DNA of 64,000 nucleotides from Callorhinchus milii. Its lineage: Eukaryota. The DNA is taken from NCBI RefSeq assembly GCF_018977255.1, contig NW_024704745.1, forward strand, positions 13,392,001-13,456,000. The letters run 5' to 3'. Within the stretch, counting starts at the first letter, position 1. Each line of letters opens with the position of its first letter. Position numbers and translations under genes: made by a program. Under the pieces are notes generated by a model. That model was not told the origin of the DNA. It ran no database searches and saw only the letters and a program-made list of their open reading frames with translations. This document shows, piece by piece, positions 49,958-63,799 of this stretch.

Positions 49958-52224
49958 TTAACATCTTTTATATTCTTTAGAAATATACACATTATATACA
50001 TTACAAAGCAGGCAAAACAAGGACGCCAAAGATCTTTGGACATAGTTTATAAAAGGCCCCCTAGTAGGGAAGCAGGGAGATTGATGTGATGATAACATTG
50101 AAGGATATGTATTCCTTTGTCTCCAACCCAATAAAAGGCAATCTAATTGAAATAACATCTGTCTCTGGGTCCAACATATTATCACATCCACCTGGACAGT
50201 TAGACGAGATCTCAGTTTAAAGTTTCAACCAAAAGATGGGTCTCAACAGAAATGCAGCATCTTAGGAAAGGCAACCGCTGTGTGGGAGATACCTAAATAT
50301 TCATCCTCATCAATAGGGCCACCAGTAGATTGTGAGTCCATGATGCTTTTTTTGGTACATTAATTTATGCAGATATTCTTAATTTCCCTATTCATATCTC
50401 AGTTAGTATTCTGCAAGAAGGGTGCTACATAAGTGCAAGTTGTTGGTGACATCATACTATTGATTCTGAATATGTGTGTAGGAATTCAACAGTTATTGCA
50501 ACTCAGTAGGGACAAGATGGAGGGTGGGTGGTGGTTGTGGAACAATACCCCAAGTAAAATCAACTAACTCAGCACAGACTGGAGGGCAAACCAGAGTGGC
50601 CTTCTAGACCTGTAGGGCTCCCTTTCATATCAAATGGTGGTGTTTCTTACTGAACGATAAGAGTAGCCTATAGCTTGTCTTTGATAAGATAACAAGAATG
50701 ACTATGGGCATGTTGGAGTGGTCAATGGCTGGAGTCACTGTCTGCTGCCCATGATTTTAAAAATAATTGGAACATTACTGTACGGTGTTCAATGAGATTG
50801 TCTTTGCAAAAATGCTTCTATATTTCCATCGTCCATCACTTTTTAGTTTCTCGAATTCCTTTCTTGTGCTTTGTCTATTCAAAATGTCAAGCATGAAACA
50901 ATGTTCAGAATATTTTGGATAGTTCACTAGACCCAGTCTACAGTATATTATTCACCATGAAAAATGCATCTAATGAAATAATTGCAATTAAACTTTTTTA
51001 AATAATTGAAGGTGAAGATGTCTGTTCAGGTTAGTGAAACTGCTTTACCTCCTGGGGTCTTTCTTTGCTTTCTTCCTCTTCAATTTAGCTGGCATGTAGC
51101 CTTATTTGGGCCAATAAATTAATGTGTTGAAGGCAACTTGGTTTGACCTCGTAGAAATTAAGAAAAGAAAAGTCAGGTTGACAAAACGACCATTTGCCCA
51201 CCAAAGCTCATATCTCTAGGATATTTATTACCTCTCCTATCGCATAGTTGAATTGTATTTGAATAACACCTTTTTTTAATATATTGTTGTACTTAAATAT
51301 GTTACTATTTCAAACATTTATCACTCTGAGCGGGGAAAATAAAGGAAAATACATGGCCTCGGGTCTTGTCTGTAGGTGGTAGCTTTTTCTTTATCTAATT
51401 CTTGGAGAAAAATCGAGTGATGGAAATCAGAGATGCTCCATACATTTAAGTCCCCTGTTTTCTGCACCCTGCAGAATGGACCCTGTGTAAAAGTGTCCCT
51501 TGAAAGCCACAAATTGTGTTATTAGCCCAATCTGAAAGAGAATGTGATTTGCGCTATCCAATGTGATTGATGTCCTGCTGGGTTTTTTTAGACATTGGTT
51601 TTACTTCTACAGGGATAGGCTTTGCTTATCTGTTTTTATTATTACGGTCTGAATTTTGTCAACATTTTTTTTCTTTTCATTTGTGTAACTGGAATATTAC
51701 AATTGAAAAATTAATGAAATGCATAGATTTTTAAAAAAATATTCCATTACCTTATTATACCTATAATTTTCAGTAAATAGTAGCTAAGGAATTGGAATCC
51801 CAATAATTTTACTGTCTGTGAGATCATATGATTGAAACAACGAAGTCATAATACTGTATGATTAAATAAATTATCAAAATATGTTACCAATGTTTTAGAG
51901 TACACTCTCAATTCTATGTGTTGTGCCTTGCACTGTAACAGTTAGTAAATTCCTGATAACTCAACCCTGTCTTAACTTGTCACTGACACTTAAATCATCA
52001 ATTTTCCGGGCTGCTTTATTTGTGTTTGTACATATGCCTAACTCACCTTTCTGGATAACTTGTTACTCAGCCCTTTTCCCATGGAGTAACAAGTTATTAG
52101 GAGTTTACTGTATGCAAAATATTTTACATGTGAACATACACACAGCTTCTCTTCCCCCCTCTCCCCTCCCCGCCCCTATTTGGTTAAGCAAAAGTGAGGT
52201 TCAGCTAATGCGAAATTGAATCTT

Positions 52225-52760
52225 ACAGACCTGGAAGGTATTGAAAACAATTCCCTGTTCAATACTCATTTGGCTAATTTCAGCCAGGAAAATTGGCCTC
52301 AGTGTCTCTGGGCTAAGGAAGACAAAGATCCAGGCTTTAGTTTCTGCTTCTTCTCGCAATCCAGTGACCCTTGCTGGAAAGTGCTTGTGTGTTGATGCCA
52401 GGTGAAAACAGGCATTGGGTTTGTCTACGATGCCAACACTCACTACGATGCCAGCTCTGGAACACTGTCCCTCAATCCTTCCGCTTTGCCCCGTCCTTCC
52501 CCGTCTTCAGGTCGCACCTGAAAACTTTCCTCTTTGTCACCTCCCCCCGCAAATCCCCACCCACCCCCGGCTCGGTATCAGGCTCCACCACTGTGAAGCG
52601 CTCTGAGACGTTACCCTGCATGGGGGGGTGGGGGGTGGGGGGCGCTATGTATGTAGTTGTAATTACAGACAGAAATTTAGAATGTATGAAGATGGAGTGG
52701 AGCCCAAGGAACCATACTCCTAGTGTGAGTCAGCTCTTTCAGAAGATGAGTGAAAATTGA
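52225..52760 (+). repeat. Family C repeat interrupted by an L2 3' fragment (about 52455-52660)
   Basis: tccagtgacccttgctggaaagtgcttgtgtg before the insert, ggaaccatactcctagtgtgagtcagctctttcagaag after it; insert reads LWNTVPQSFRFAPSFPVFRSHLKTFLF. Confidence 0.7.
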
Positions 52761-53191
52761 TGGGGAGGAAGGGTGAAAGAAGAGATTTACGTCATGAAAG
52801 TTGGAGCTCTGCTGTCACGATGATTACAAATTATGATTCATTTAGTTATCAGAAAAGGGTAAAATTGTGTAGGTGACAAATTGCTAAAAAATGAATGTTG
52901 CATCAACTCATTTTAATTCTGACATTTAATGCCTGGGAGCTGCAATCCTCCACAAGTATGAAAGGATTAAAGATATAAAGAAGAAGAAATCTTATTTATA
53001 GCAAGTAAATGCTAACTGATTGCAAAGCTAAAAGATCAACTGTGTAAGAAATGAGGCACATGAACAAGAGATCCTAAAGGCTGTCTCATTCAGAATTCCT
53101 TCAGTATCTTTGAGCATTGAAAGTTTTCAGCAGCATTGTCATTCAATATTCATATTTGAACCTTTCCTCCAGTGGAATAAACAGCAAGGAG

Positions 53192-53295
53192 CAATAATAA
53201 TAATAATAATAATAATCCTTGCATTTGATATAGCGCCTTAACAAGTCATTTCACAGGATATATTGTAAAATGGTATGACTGTGTATTTTGTGGCA
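53192..53295 (-). mobile_element. SINE tail fragment (family A or B)
   Basis: (aat)n-ccttgcatttgatatagcgcc. Confidence 0.75.
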
Positions 53296-54074
53296 CATGA
53301 AACCTGTTCACAAAGAGAGTCTGCAACCGAGAGCAACACTGCACATTCACAGCTAAATACAGCACACTCGATTGCATTGTTGAAGAGAAACCCTGGCCCT
53401 TGAGAGACAGCCCATGTTGTTAATGAGTTGGCCCCTGAAGCATAAGATTATGGCCCTGCTTATGGAATTGGGGTGTAACTACAGCTGTCTCCTATTTACC
53501 ATGGAGCGATGCAGGTCTGAGGTAACAGCTGCTGTTGTCAAGAGAACAAGGCAATATTTCATTGGTACATGGCTTCACACGGACAGCAGCCTCTGCCGGT
53601 CTGTCATGAATTCTACTAAATGTTGGGCTCTTGGAAGGTCATCGAAGAAATTGATGTTTCCCAGACCATCCGCCCATAATGAGGATCTCTTGGATAATGA
53701 ACTTACCACTTCATGAATACGCACATGGATTCTAATTCGAAATACAATACAATTTATGTTTATAAACACTTTTCACATCTGGAGGACATCTTAAAGCTCT
53801 TACGCAGAGCGTAGGGCACCAGACTTAGGGGAAAGGGTGAGGGGTAGGAGAGATTGGGGGATAGGGAGGGAAAGATTCCCAGAAGTGCATGTCTCAAGGT
53901 GAGCTTTAAAAGTGGGGAAATAAGGGATGGGTCAGAGGGACTTTGCAACAGAGTTCCAGAAAGCGGTGGCTCTCTGGTTGGTTCAGCAATAAGGACTTTC
54001 AACTCACCTCTTATTGCATGAGTTGAAGGATCTGCTCCTCATGTAACATTAGGCTTTCTCCAGTTCACCTATGT

Positions 54075-54386
54075 TAATAAAAATAATAATAATCCTTGCA
54101 TTTGATATCGCGCTTTTCACATCTTCTAGATGTCTCAAAGTGCTTCACAGAATATACTGTAAAGTGAATTGACTGTATATTTGTGGGCGAAATGCGGCAG
54201 CCAATTGCACACAGCAGTGTCCCACAAACAGTCGTGGATTGAAGTGGACAATTTATTATTTTTTTTTCTTGAGAGATTATTATCAGACGTGTGGAGTAAG
54301 GAAACTTGCCCAAGGTTTTGCCCTGCCGGGAATCGAACACAAGTCTCTCACTTGCAAGAAGTGCTCTAACCACTGAGCTACAGGAC
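54075..54386 (-). mobile_element. Family A SINE, full length
   Basis: Ends ccctgccgggaatcgaacacaagtctctcacttgcaag...ctctaaccactgagctacaggac. Confidence 0.93.
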
Positions 54387-54804
54387 AATGAAATGAAAAT
54401 AATGAAAATAGTAATGATAATCCTTGCATTCGGTATAGCACCTTTCACATCGGGTGAATGCATCAAAGAGCTCTGCAGGATATACAGTAAGGTGCTGTGA
54501 CTGTATTTTGTGTGTGAACCCAGTCAGGCTCTGAATTCCTTCAGGTTTTGCCTCTGGTCATTCCACATTAGCTTGCTGTCAGTGGTGGATTGTATAGCGT
54601 GTTTATGGCATTGATTTTTGTCAGATCTCCTGACAAAACCTTAGTCAAATTTTGCCCATTGTTATATTCTGTTCCTCTCCCTCGACATGGAACATTCCTT
54701 TTTTTTGGTTTGGTTTCACTTGGATGGGAAAGAGGGAAGGGATGAAATGTAGATATAAATTTTAATTCTTAAAAGGGGGCAGAACATCCAATACGAAACT
54801 TTAC

Positions 54805-55258
54805 GTTCAAGATCCCTTAGCACTATTCGAAAAGAAAGGGAGTTTCTCCCGATATTCTGACCAACCTACCCCAAGATAAAATTGTTAATTCACTTTACAG
54901 CTGTTTGTGGGATGCTGCTGTGAATAAACTGGTTGATGAGCTCCCTACGAAATATACACTCACTGCACTTGAGTAAAACGCACAGACGCTACCCTGCATG
55001 AAGTCCTACATAAATATGAGTTGTTGTAAATTCTGCAAATTGTGACGTCCTCTCGACATGAAAGGCATGAAATGCAAGGATTATGTATTGTTATATAAAA
55101 TACCCTTTTGGTTTGCTTCCAAGATATTATCATAATATCTTTCGCCTGTAAAATATACGGTCAATTCACTTTACAGTATATTTCTGTGAAGCGCTTTGAG
55201 ACGTCTCAAAGATGTGATAAGGCTCTATCTCAAATGCTAGGATTATTATTATTATTAT
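54805..55258 (+). mobile_element. Cluster of SINE fragments (family B body plus several tails)
   Basis: aagatcccttagcactattcgaaaagaaagggagtt; tails ending near 55025, 55085 and 55258. Confidence 0.75.
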
Positions 55259-56454
55259 CATAAACATAATGCCCTGTGTATTTTGGCTGCTGAATTCAAC
55301 AGCAGTTGCTGTCTCCTTATTCCTGAGAAATGCTGTTGTACAACCAGGGCTGATGATTATTTCCGCCTTATTTAAAATCTGACAGGATCAGCCAAATCCA
55401 CACTGAAAATTCCTGTTCTTTTCAATGCTGTATTTGAACTGATAGCGTAGTACTTTACTCATTTTTCAATTTATCAGTTTTACATCATGTACTTCTACTG
55501 ATCTGAATTCCAGCTTTACCCGGAGATACTTATACCAATTGCGTAACTTCAGTTAGATTCAAGAGATGTGGCAAAGCACAGATGAGACTCAGAGTGAAGG
55601 GTACTCAGCTCTGCCACAAATGAATGCCTCAACCTCAGCCTAAGTAGAGCACCTTTTGTTATAATAATCTTTGTATTTGATATACTTGTTGGACTCTGAA
55701 ACACTCTTCTTCTATCCCTACTGCCTTGCCTCCTCCGTGTCTACGGTCACGTACCTCCTCGCCCCGGCTAGGTGTAGTGCACTGCCACTATCAAGCGCTT
55801 TGGGATGCTACCCTGCATAGGGAAGGCTACATAAATACAAGTAAATGCAAAATCCCTCTGTCCCTCTCCATCCCTCTCTGCTTTGAAAACCTGTCTCAAA
55901 ATTTCTAGGATCTTTAGGTACAAATTGTTGTTATTGGCAGTTAGTATATATTATGTATGTTTATTGTCCTGTGAACCTGTAATAATGGCAATCCTTGCAT
56001 TTGATATAACACCTTATCACGTCGTTCTTGCTTCTTTGTACCACTTGGAAATGTGCTGAGAACTATCCAAAATAATTTCTTAACACAGTCCCCAAAACTA
56101 ACACATAGAAAAGGATTCATCCTATCAGTTAGGTCTGAATTCCAGCCCATGCCTCAAAGCTGAAAGTACCTAAAATGTCTACAGTTTCATTTCCCTTCAG
56201 AATCTGATAGCCTTTACTATCATTTCCTGTAGAGTCACCACTTTATTTAATGTTTTATCACACATTTCTTGTCATGCCAGTCTGATATGAGTAGTCCAGC
56301 TCCTTCTCAATGGGGAAATCAAACTCTCACAAAATTATAGTAGTAGTCGCAACATGACTGACTTATTTCATAACAAAAACATTTCTTTCTGCCTATCGGC
56401 TTTTCCATAGAAGCCATTCCAGTGTTGTTTGCCCATGAAACACAATCCTAAAGA

Positions 56455-56640
56455 CCTGGCCAACAATTCCCCAGATAAAACTGATTATTCAACTCATGGC
56501 TGATTTGTGGGACAAATTGGCTGCCACATTCGCTGACAAAATACACAGTCACTAGAGTTTACAGTATATCCTGCGAAGCTCTTTGGGACATTCTCCCAAC
56601 ATGAAAGGTGCTATATTAAATGTAAGGATTATTATTTATT
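56455..56640 (+). mobile_element. Family B SINE 3' fragment
   Basis: cctggccaacaattccccagataaaa...aaattggctgccacattcgc...aaggattatt. Confidence 0.8.
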
Positions 56641-56838
56641 ATGTGTTTTCTCATGGTGCTCTTCCAAAGTCCATCTCATTGGTGACTGTAGCTTCCTGAA
56701 GTCTCATGGGATTAATGTAGTAATAATAATAAACCTTGCATTTGATATAGCGCCTCATCAGATGTTGGGGCCTAAATAATACAGACGAGAATGGTACCAT
56801 TAACTGATTTCAGCTGGGGCAGAAGAAGCTGATACGGT

Positions 56839-57120
56839 TATAATAATAATCCTTGCATTTGATATAGCGCCTTATCATATTCTTGAGAAGTCTCAAAGGG
56901 TTTCGCAGAATATACTATAAAGTGAATTGACTATATATTTTGTTAGCGAAACGCGGTGGCCAGTTTCACACAGCAGTGTCCCACAAACAGTCATGGATTG
57001 AACGACCAAGTAAATTATTATGATTTATTAATTTTTGTAAGGACTCATCCCCAGAAAGTGATCCGCCAATTGACTAACAACCCAATTCCTACTTACAGCT
57101 AGGTAAACAGAGACATGTGG
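56839..57120 (-). mobile_element. Family A SINE, long form, head missing
   Basis: Includes gatccgccaattgactaacaacccaattcctacttacagctaggtaaacagag. Confidence 0.87.
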
Positions 57121-57129
57121 AGATACGGT

Positions 57130-57340
57130 TGGCTTCAGTGTCCCCAGGCAATGGAGGGTTTGCACTCCAAATTGCTGTGCAGTGATCCCTGCTGGGCAAT
57201 GTGGATGTTTGCTGAGGACAGGAGTGATGCTTCCGAAGGTTGAGTAGCTGTCCAACACCCACCATCAAAGCTCTGGCATGAATCATGGCCACGTAGGAAG
57301 TGTAACTGTACTCCAGGATGACTCAGTGCCTTCAGCAAGA
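57130..57340 (+). repeat. Family C repeat
   Basis: cagtgatccctgctggg...tgaggacagga...ttgagtagctgtccaacac...gactcagtgccttcag. Confidence 0.62.
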
Positions 57341-59037
57341 AGCGAGAATCAACAACTAAAAGTTGTGCCATTTGCAAGAAAAGTTGTGGCTCAAAAGCAA
57401 TTAACATGCCTCGAGATAAATAGGAAATAATCCAGGTATCTGTGTTTGGTTCTTAATGCCCATTGTTCGAGATATTATTTTGCATGATGCCAGGCTGTAT
57501 AAGAGAACGATTAATCCTGTGTTTAAAGATTCTGAACAAATGTGTGAATCGACAATTACAGTACGTTTCACATTTATATAGTGTTTTTCACATCAGGAGA
57601 ACCTCTCAAAGCATTCAATTCGCCTCCGTAATGGCAATTTATCATCAATTAAGGTAGAAATATGGGCAATTTAGTTCCATGAGCCTGTGTATGTGTTCAA
57701 GGTGAGGTATTAACTACTCCAGATCATTATTTCAACATACAGCACCATGGGAACAGTAGGAAAATAACCATATGATTTCAGCATTTAAAAGCACATCTCA
57801 TTTTAATTCAATAAAGTTCAATGATCACTCAGATATTTGCACCCACCTTAGTATATTTCTTATTAACTGAAAGAGGATGCAGGGAGTAATTCTACTGAGG
57901 TTTCTTAATTGAGTCAATATCTTTTTCACTGACATTTTCACTGGCACCCCTTGCAATTGACATTTTACAGCAGTTAAAATGAAACTGATGTAAAATGCAA
58001 GGGATTACTGTATATGGCAGTGTTCCTACTCCATGTTGCAGTCTCCACATCATCTGAGCAGTGGACCAATTTTTTTTAAGGCTAACACCTTGAGAAATTT
58101 CAGGCCACTGGGTTTGGTTGCTTTCAGATAGCGTTATTTAGTGGTGTTAACTTTGCCTGAATAAAAGCATGCAGCGCTGGAGATCATATCGTGACCTATA
58201 GCGCGATGAAACAAATTCTATGATATTTTGTCCTGTTACTGTTTGGTATATATTTTGGATATAAATATAACGCTTGTCTAAAGAACACCACGCAATAAGT
58301 GTGTCGTGTGTCTGTGTGCGTGCAAGTGAGTGATAGTTTGTCCTTTGACTCGATGAAGATGTGAAGCTATAGGTAATCTGCTGTGAAATTACTGCTTGTG
58401 AGACATTCGTTCAGAGTGAAATGAAAGAAAAACCTCATCCATTCACCAGTAAACTGTAATGAATAGAGCTTCAATTCACTCAGGTCGGTAGGTTATTTTT
58501 TAAATAAAATTCAATTTATGGTGAATATTATATAAACATTTTCAAAACACAAAATGAGTTCAGAGCACCGACACAATCTCAGGGTAATACTGCACATTAT
58601 CAGAGTAGAATCTCTAAATTACTGCAACTACTTTGTAACTGGATCATACCTTCACCGGCTGTGCAGTCTGTACACGTAGAGGAGAGGTTTACAAATTTAT
58701 ATCAGCAATGAACCTGGACAGAAATCCAGCTACTATAATGTATTTTTGACACATTTTTGTCTCACTTTTTATTCATTGCTCATCTTAAGCCACCTTCCCA
58801 TTAAACAGCATTTCTGCACCAATAGGTGGCCAAGTCATCTGCTTCTAAGTGACTTGCTTCTGCTCACGCTTCTCTTACACAGCCTCCAGTGGAGGAAAGT
58901 CCCAGAGGAATTATTCTCTGATTTTTGTTTAATCCCTACTTTGTGAAAATGTGCCTGATCTGCGCTTGGCTCCACTTAACTGTCTAGCTGAGTAATCTGA
59001 AGTTCACCATGTGGAGAATAGTGACAAGCCTAACTCC

Positions 59038-59155
59038 TAGAATCCCAGAATATTACAGCACAGAATGAGGCCATTCGGCCCATCGTGCTTGTGCCGGTTC
59101 TTTGGAAGAGCGACCCAATCAGTCCCACTCCCCACGCTCTTTCCCCATAGCCTCG
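59038..59155 (-). mobile_element. CR1 3' end
   Basis: tacagcacagaatgaggccattcggcccatcgtgcttgtgccgg...ctctttccccatagcc. Confidence 0.8.
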
Positions 59156-59442
59156 TCAGCAGTGTCAAACTCTTTGAGACTTATTCCGATGTGAAAGGCA
59201 TTATATTAATGTAAAATACACTTTTAGTAATATTTGAAGAATCACAGATATCAAGTTACCTGAAATAAATACGACCAAATGGAAGAGTGGAACATTTGAC
59301 TGAATGGGGCGCTCTTCATCGTTCCATGATTGACCAGAATCTGTATGGGGGGGAGTGAGCTTGATGAATCAAACGGACTGTTCTTGCATGTTTTCTTGCA
59401 TGTGTTTGATAGATAACGAATATAGGCACAGAAGCTGCAGAA

Positions 59443-59550
59443 ATAATAATAATAATCCTAACATTTGATATCTCAAAGTGAGACATCTCAAAGCGGCTTC
59501 ACAAAATATACTGTGAAATGAATTGACTGTATACTTTGTGGGTGAAATAT
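59443..59550 (-). mobile_element. Family A SINE 3' fragment
   Basis: (aat)n-cctaacatttgata...gaattgactgtatactttgtgggtgaaa. Confidence 0.75.
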
Positions 59551-60039
59551 CCATAAAACACACGTTACTACCAGTGAATTCCACACGCTTGCATGCATCA
59601 GTCGCACATCACAAGTTAACAAGAAAGACTCAGATGAAAGAAGACCTTCATCCCATTTGATCTCATCCTTTCTGAATACTCACCAGAGAGCTAGACCCAT
59701 CACAGTATCAGTCTGTTTCCAAGTGCTGGCCTCCAGCACCCTTGGGTGGCTTTGCCACTGTGCCGTCAGAGATGGAAATTATACTTTAGAACTTTAGAAT
59801 GGTTGTGTTTCATAAACTTAAGATCCAACAAGCAAAGCCTTTGTTGATAAATATTTTATCAGCTGTATAATGTAATGCAAGCTTTCTGTAAGAAATCCTT
59901 CTTAGAAATCATAGGAATTTTCAGTACAGAAAGTGGTCATTTAAATGTTTGTGCTTGTTTCCTGCTTTTTCCAGTGACCCTGCGCACTTCAAAATGTCTA
60001 GCTTCTGGATTCCCCAATGGTTCAAATCACAAATGCACC

Positions 60040-60380
60040 TCGGGGGTGAAGTATTTAGCTCTATAAACTAGGAAAGGCCCAGGTTTAATCTCTGGTCTCT
60101 GCTGTTAGTTTATCCCAGCAAGTACATCAATGGACACTACAAATAGCCTCCATGTCCAAGGGCTGGAAAGAAAATAGTCAGCCAGGTGCTGTTCCTGATT
60201 GCTATCCAGTGAGCCTGCCGGAAAATGCATGTGTTCTGCACGTATGTGTGTGTATGTGCACATTGGGTGAGGACATGACTGGACTCAGCTGTGGCCACCA
60301 GTGCCCTCAGGTTAAGTAGCTTTCTGACACCATCCTCCGAAGATGACATTTGAGTGAGATACAAAAGAGCTGATGGTAGC
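60040..60380 (+). repeat. Family C repeat
   Basis: cccaggtttaatctctggtctctgctg...ttcctgattgctatccagtgagcctgccggaaaat...gggtgaggacatgactggactcagctgtg. Confidence 0.65.
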
Positions 60381-63156
60381 AAGTTTAAACTGTATCAAAA
60401 TCTTCAGCGTTCCTGCCTGGGCAGTAAGTGAATGCAATTGCTGCTGTCTAATTGACTTAGAGAGCTTAACGCCTGCTAGTCAGGAAATTGCCTTCAAAGT
60501 GATTTGTGATCTAACCAACAAGATATTATCGTGGTTTAACTGTAAGAAGTACTGAAATAAGGAGATGCTAATCGTGGGCTTCCATTTCACTGGCGGGGGA
60601 AAAAAAGCACAAAATACCCAGAATCATTGCTTCGGTTTTCAAAGAGAAATATTCTTCTATGTTAATATAGATGATGCCATTAGAATTATCAAAGAGCTAG
60701 ATGCATGCTTTTTCCTTTGTAAGACAGGCAGGTAGGCACTGTATTATGGATATGTTGAACATTATACAGTACCTGTGCACCAAGGCCAATGATATTTATT
60801 CAGTGTGAAATGAGGATCACAATGTTATTCCAACACCAGGGTTATTATTAGATATCCAATACTTTACACCGCATGATTTGTTGGATTGTTCAGAGCAGTT
60901 TCATAATTTATTACATTTTTCACATTGGATGTTATTTTATATAAAAAGAAAAAAATAGTTTTTAAATCATTCAGATTCAGCCTCTATTTTTGTTCATTGA
61001 TGGTATTCATATATCATATTTAGTAAGATTGTCACACAGCTTTTTTTTCTAGAAGAGGCTGTCAGCCATATACTGTTCAGCTGAAATTTCAGTTAACATT
61101 TTGAGGACTTTCAAGGTGTTATGTGAGCTTTCTTCAGGCAATGAACTGAATCCTAATAATTTAACATGATCACACATTCTATAACAGGGAAAATGGAGTC
61201 AAGCTCGGAAAAGCAGATGAACCAAGCTTTTATGTTATTACTTTACACAGAACAGTGAACCTGTAGAACAAACTACCCAGAGGGGAACTTAATAATAATA
61301 ATCCTTGCATTCGATATAGCACTTTATCATGTAGTGGAGACATCTCAAAGTTCTTCACAGGATTTACTGGGGGTGTAGTGACTGTGTATTGGAGAGGGTG
61401 AAGTCTGTTTCCTTAACGTTCTTTATGTAAGATCTCTTCAAGCACTTTGAAATGTCCTCCTTGTGTGCAAGGTCCTATATAAATATATATTATTATTGTC
61501 TCCCTAGTTGAGAAGGTAGGCTTCCACACAATAAAAGAAAATAACTTGTATTTTTATATCATACTGAAATATCACAGTTGTACGTAGTCAGAGTCAGACA
61601 TAGAAGCCATGGGTTCTTTAAGATCCATCTGAAGAGTAGGTAGACTCCTAAATTACAGTGCTCCCCAGCCTGTCCATTTTGTGATGAGCTCATGTCCTAA
61701 CATGCAGGGTGAAGTGTCAGTCTTCCGACTCAAAGGTGAGAGTGCTCCTAACTGAGCTAGCTGAATTATAAAATGTATTGAACTGATCCAGGCTGACTCA
61801 TCTCACAATTTCCAGCCTTCTCCATGGGGAATTTCTTGCTTCCTCTTATTATTTTCCTGCTATCACAACTAATACAGGAACTCGCCAGGTGGGGAATGGA
61901 ATTGAAAACAGACCACATTGCCATGTACTGTTTTGTGTGTTGTTTCTTGTTTTATAGCCTGCAGTATTCAAGATAGAACTTTACACAGACACTGTGCCTT
62001 CTGCAGACGTTGCAATTTCTCCAAGGTCACTGGCTGAAGGATTCTTGTTTCACAAAATAGATTTCCAATTATCCCTTTGGATTTTTTACTAAATTGTGTT
62101 AGCAGCAGTCACCACGCCGCTTTGTGACAATTCTTTACCTGCCAAAATTCCAGGCTAGAAATGTTCCATATCTAACCTGATGCGGAGAGTCATGTGACAA
62201 TTGAGGCTTTGTGCTGCTATGAACAACTTTGTATTTGATTCAGCAATAACCACATTAAATAAGAACCTGTGGCTGAGTTTCTCTCACAATTCCAGATGGA
62301 TTCATTTTAGTTTCTAGCTTCACAACCAGACACGGAATAATGGCTTTGCTCCCGGCTTAAAGATCTGAACCTGTTCCTCATGCAGGCCTTCAGATATTTC
62401 CTTCCAATGATCCACGTTGAAATCAGATAGTTGAGTGCCTGTTGTCCATATATTCATCACGTAGCAGCAATGATGATTATTAGTCTGAGGTATTATAGAT
62501 TTTCGACACTTTAGAAAGACCCAGGGCTCCAGGGGATCAACTTTAATATCTGTCTCGATTTTCAAATCTCTTTATGATGTTGACCCTTTCTACTGGGTCT
62601 GGGGGATGTTGCTGTGCACAAGTTGGCTGCAGAGTTTGCCTACAAAAACAGTCACTATACTTCACAATAAATCATGTGAAGTGCTTTGAGATGTCCTTCC
62701 ACAAGCTGCTATTATTATTGTTATCACTACTTACACCATCTCCCAGTCTCCTGCCAGTGCCCTCCACTGTTCCATATGATCATTTCTCATTCCCTCATTC
62801 ACCATCAATATCTAGATTATCAATCACTACGCTCCACACTTGCCTAAATCCCTTCACCTTACTCCTTCTCCTCCTCTGCCTTCAAAACCCCTTTAAAACC
62901 ATGTGCCACTGAATGTACCATTAGTCAATATACTGTATTTAAATTCACTTTCAGCCCCTCTGCTGTTGCTCTATTGTTTGAGATGTTCGTCCATTGTGAA
63001 AATGCTGCATGAGTGCAAATTACTGTTTTCCAAAACTGCAAAATTAAAATGTTAGGACAAAGGTTTCAAATCTGACTATATGAGGAATTTTAGCCCTAGG
63101 CTTTCTAGTTTTCTATTTATGCTATTAGGAGACACCACACTCCTCCAATCTGCATT

Positions 63157-63533
63157 TATAATGCTAATAATAATCCTTGCATTTGATTTAGCACCTTATC
63201 ACGTTGTTGAGATGTCTCAAAACGCTTCACAGAATATACTGTAAAGTGAATTGACTGTATATTGGAGAAATGCGGAAGCCGATTACGCACAGCAGTGTCC
63301 CACAAACAGTCGTGGATTGAAGTGACCAATTTTTTTTTGAAGGGATTGTAACTCCCGGAAAAGCGATCCGCCAATTGACTAATAACCGGATTCCTACTTA
63401 CTGCAAGGTAAATAGAGGCGGGTGGAGAAAGTAAACTTGCCCAACATTTCGCCCTGCCGGGAAATGAACCCAGGTCTCTCGCTTGCTAGGCGATTATTAA
63501 TCTGAGCGCTAACCTCTGGCTACAGGACTCCAC
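63157..63533 (-). mobile_element. Family A SINE, full-length long form
   Basis: Minus strand: gtggagtcctgtagc head, ttgggcaagtttactttctccacccgcctctatttaccttgcagtaagtaggaatcc block, Deu-like core, L2-like tail. Confidence 0.9.
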
Positions 63534-63799
63534 ATTTCTCCCCTTCTCCCTCCTCCCTTCTTGATACATCTCAGCACAGAAAGACTAAACCTGCAACCTG
63601 TATGGGGCTGTCAAGAAATGGCCCGTCGAACATTCGCACTAGTCCAGGTGAGCCTTGTTTTAAATCAGTGTTTTGCTTCCATTTTTATCTTGATTTAAAT
63701 ATTCAATCAAAGTTGGCCGCCACTACTGTATGGTAAGAATATAAAAATAGAGCACCAAAAAAAAGCTGCCCTGTATTAAATGCACGTACTATAGTCAGT

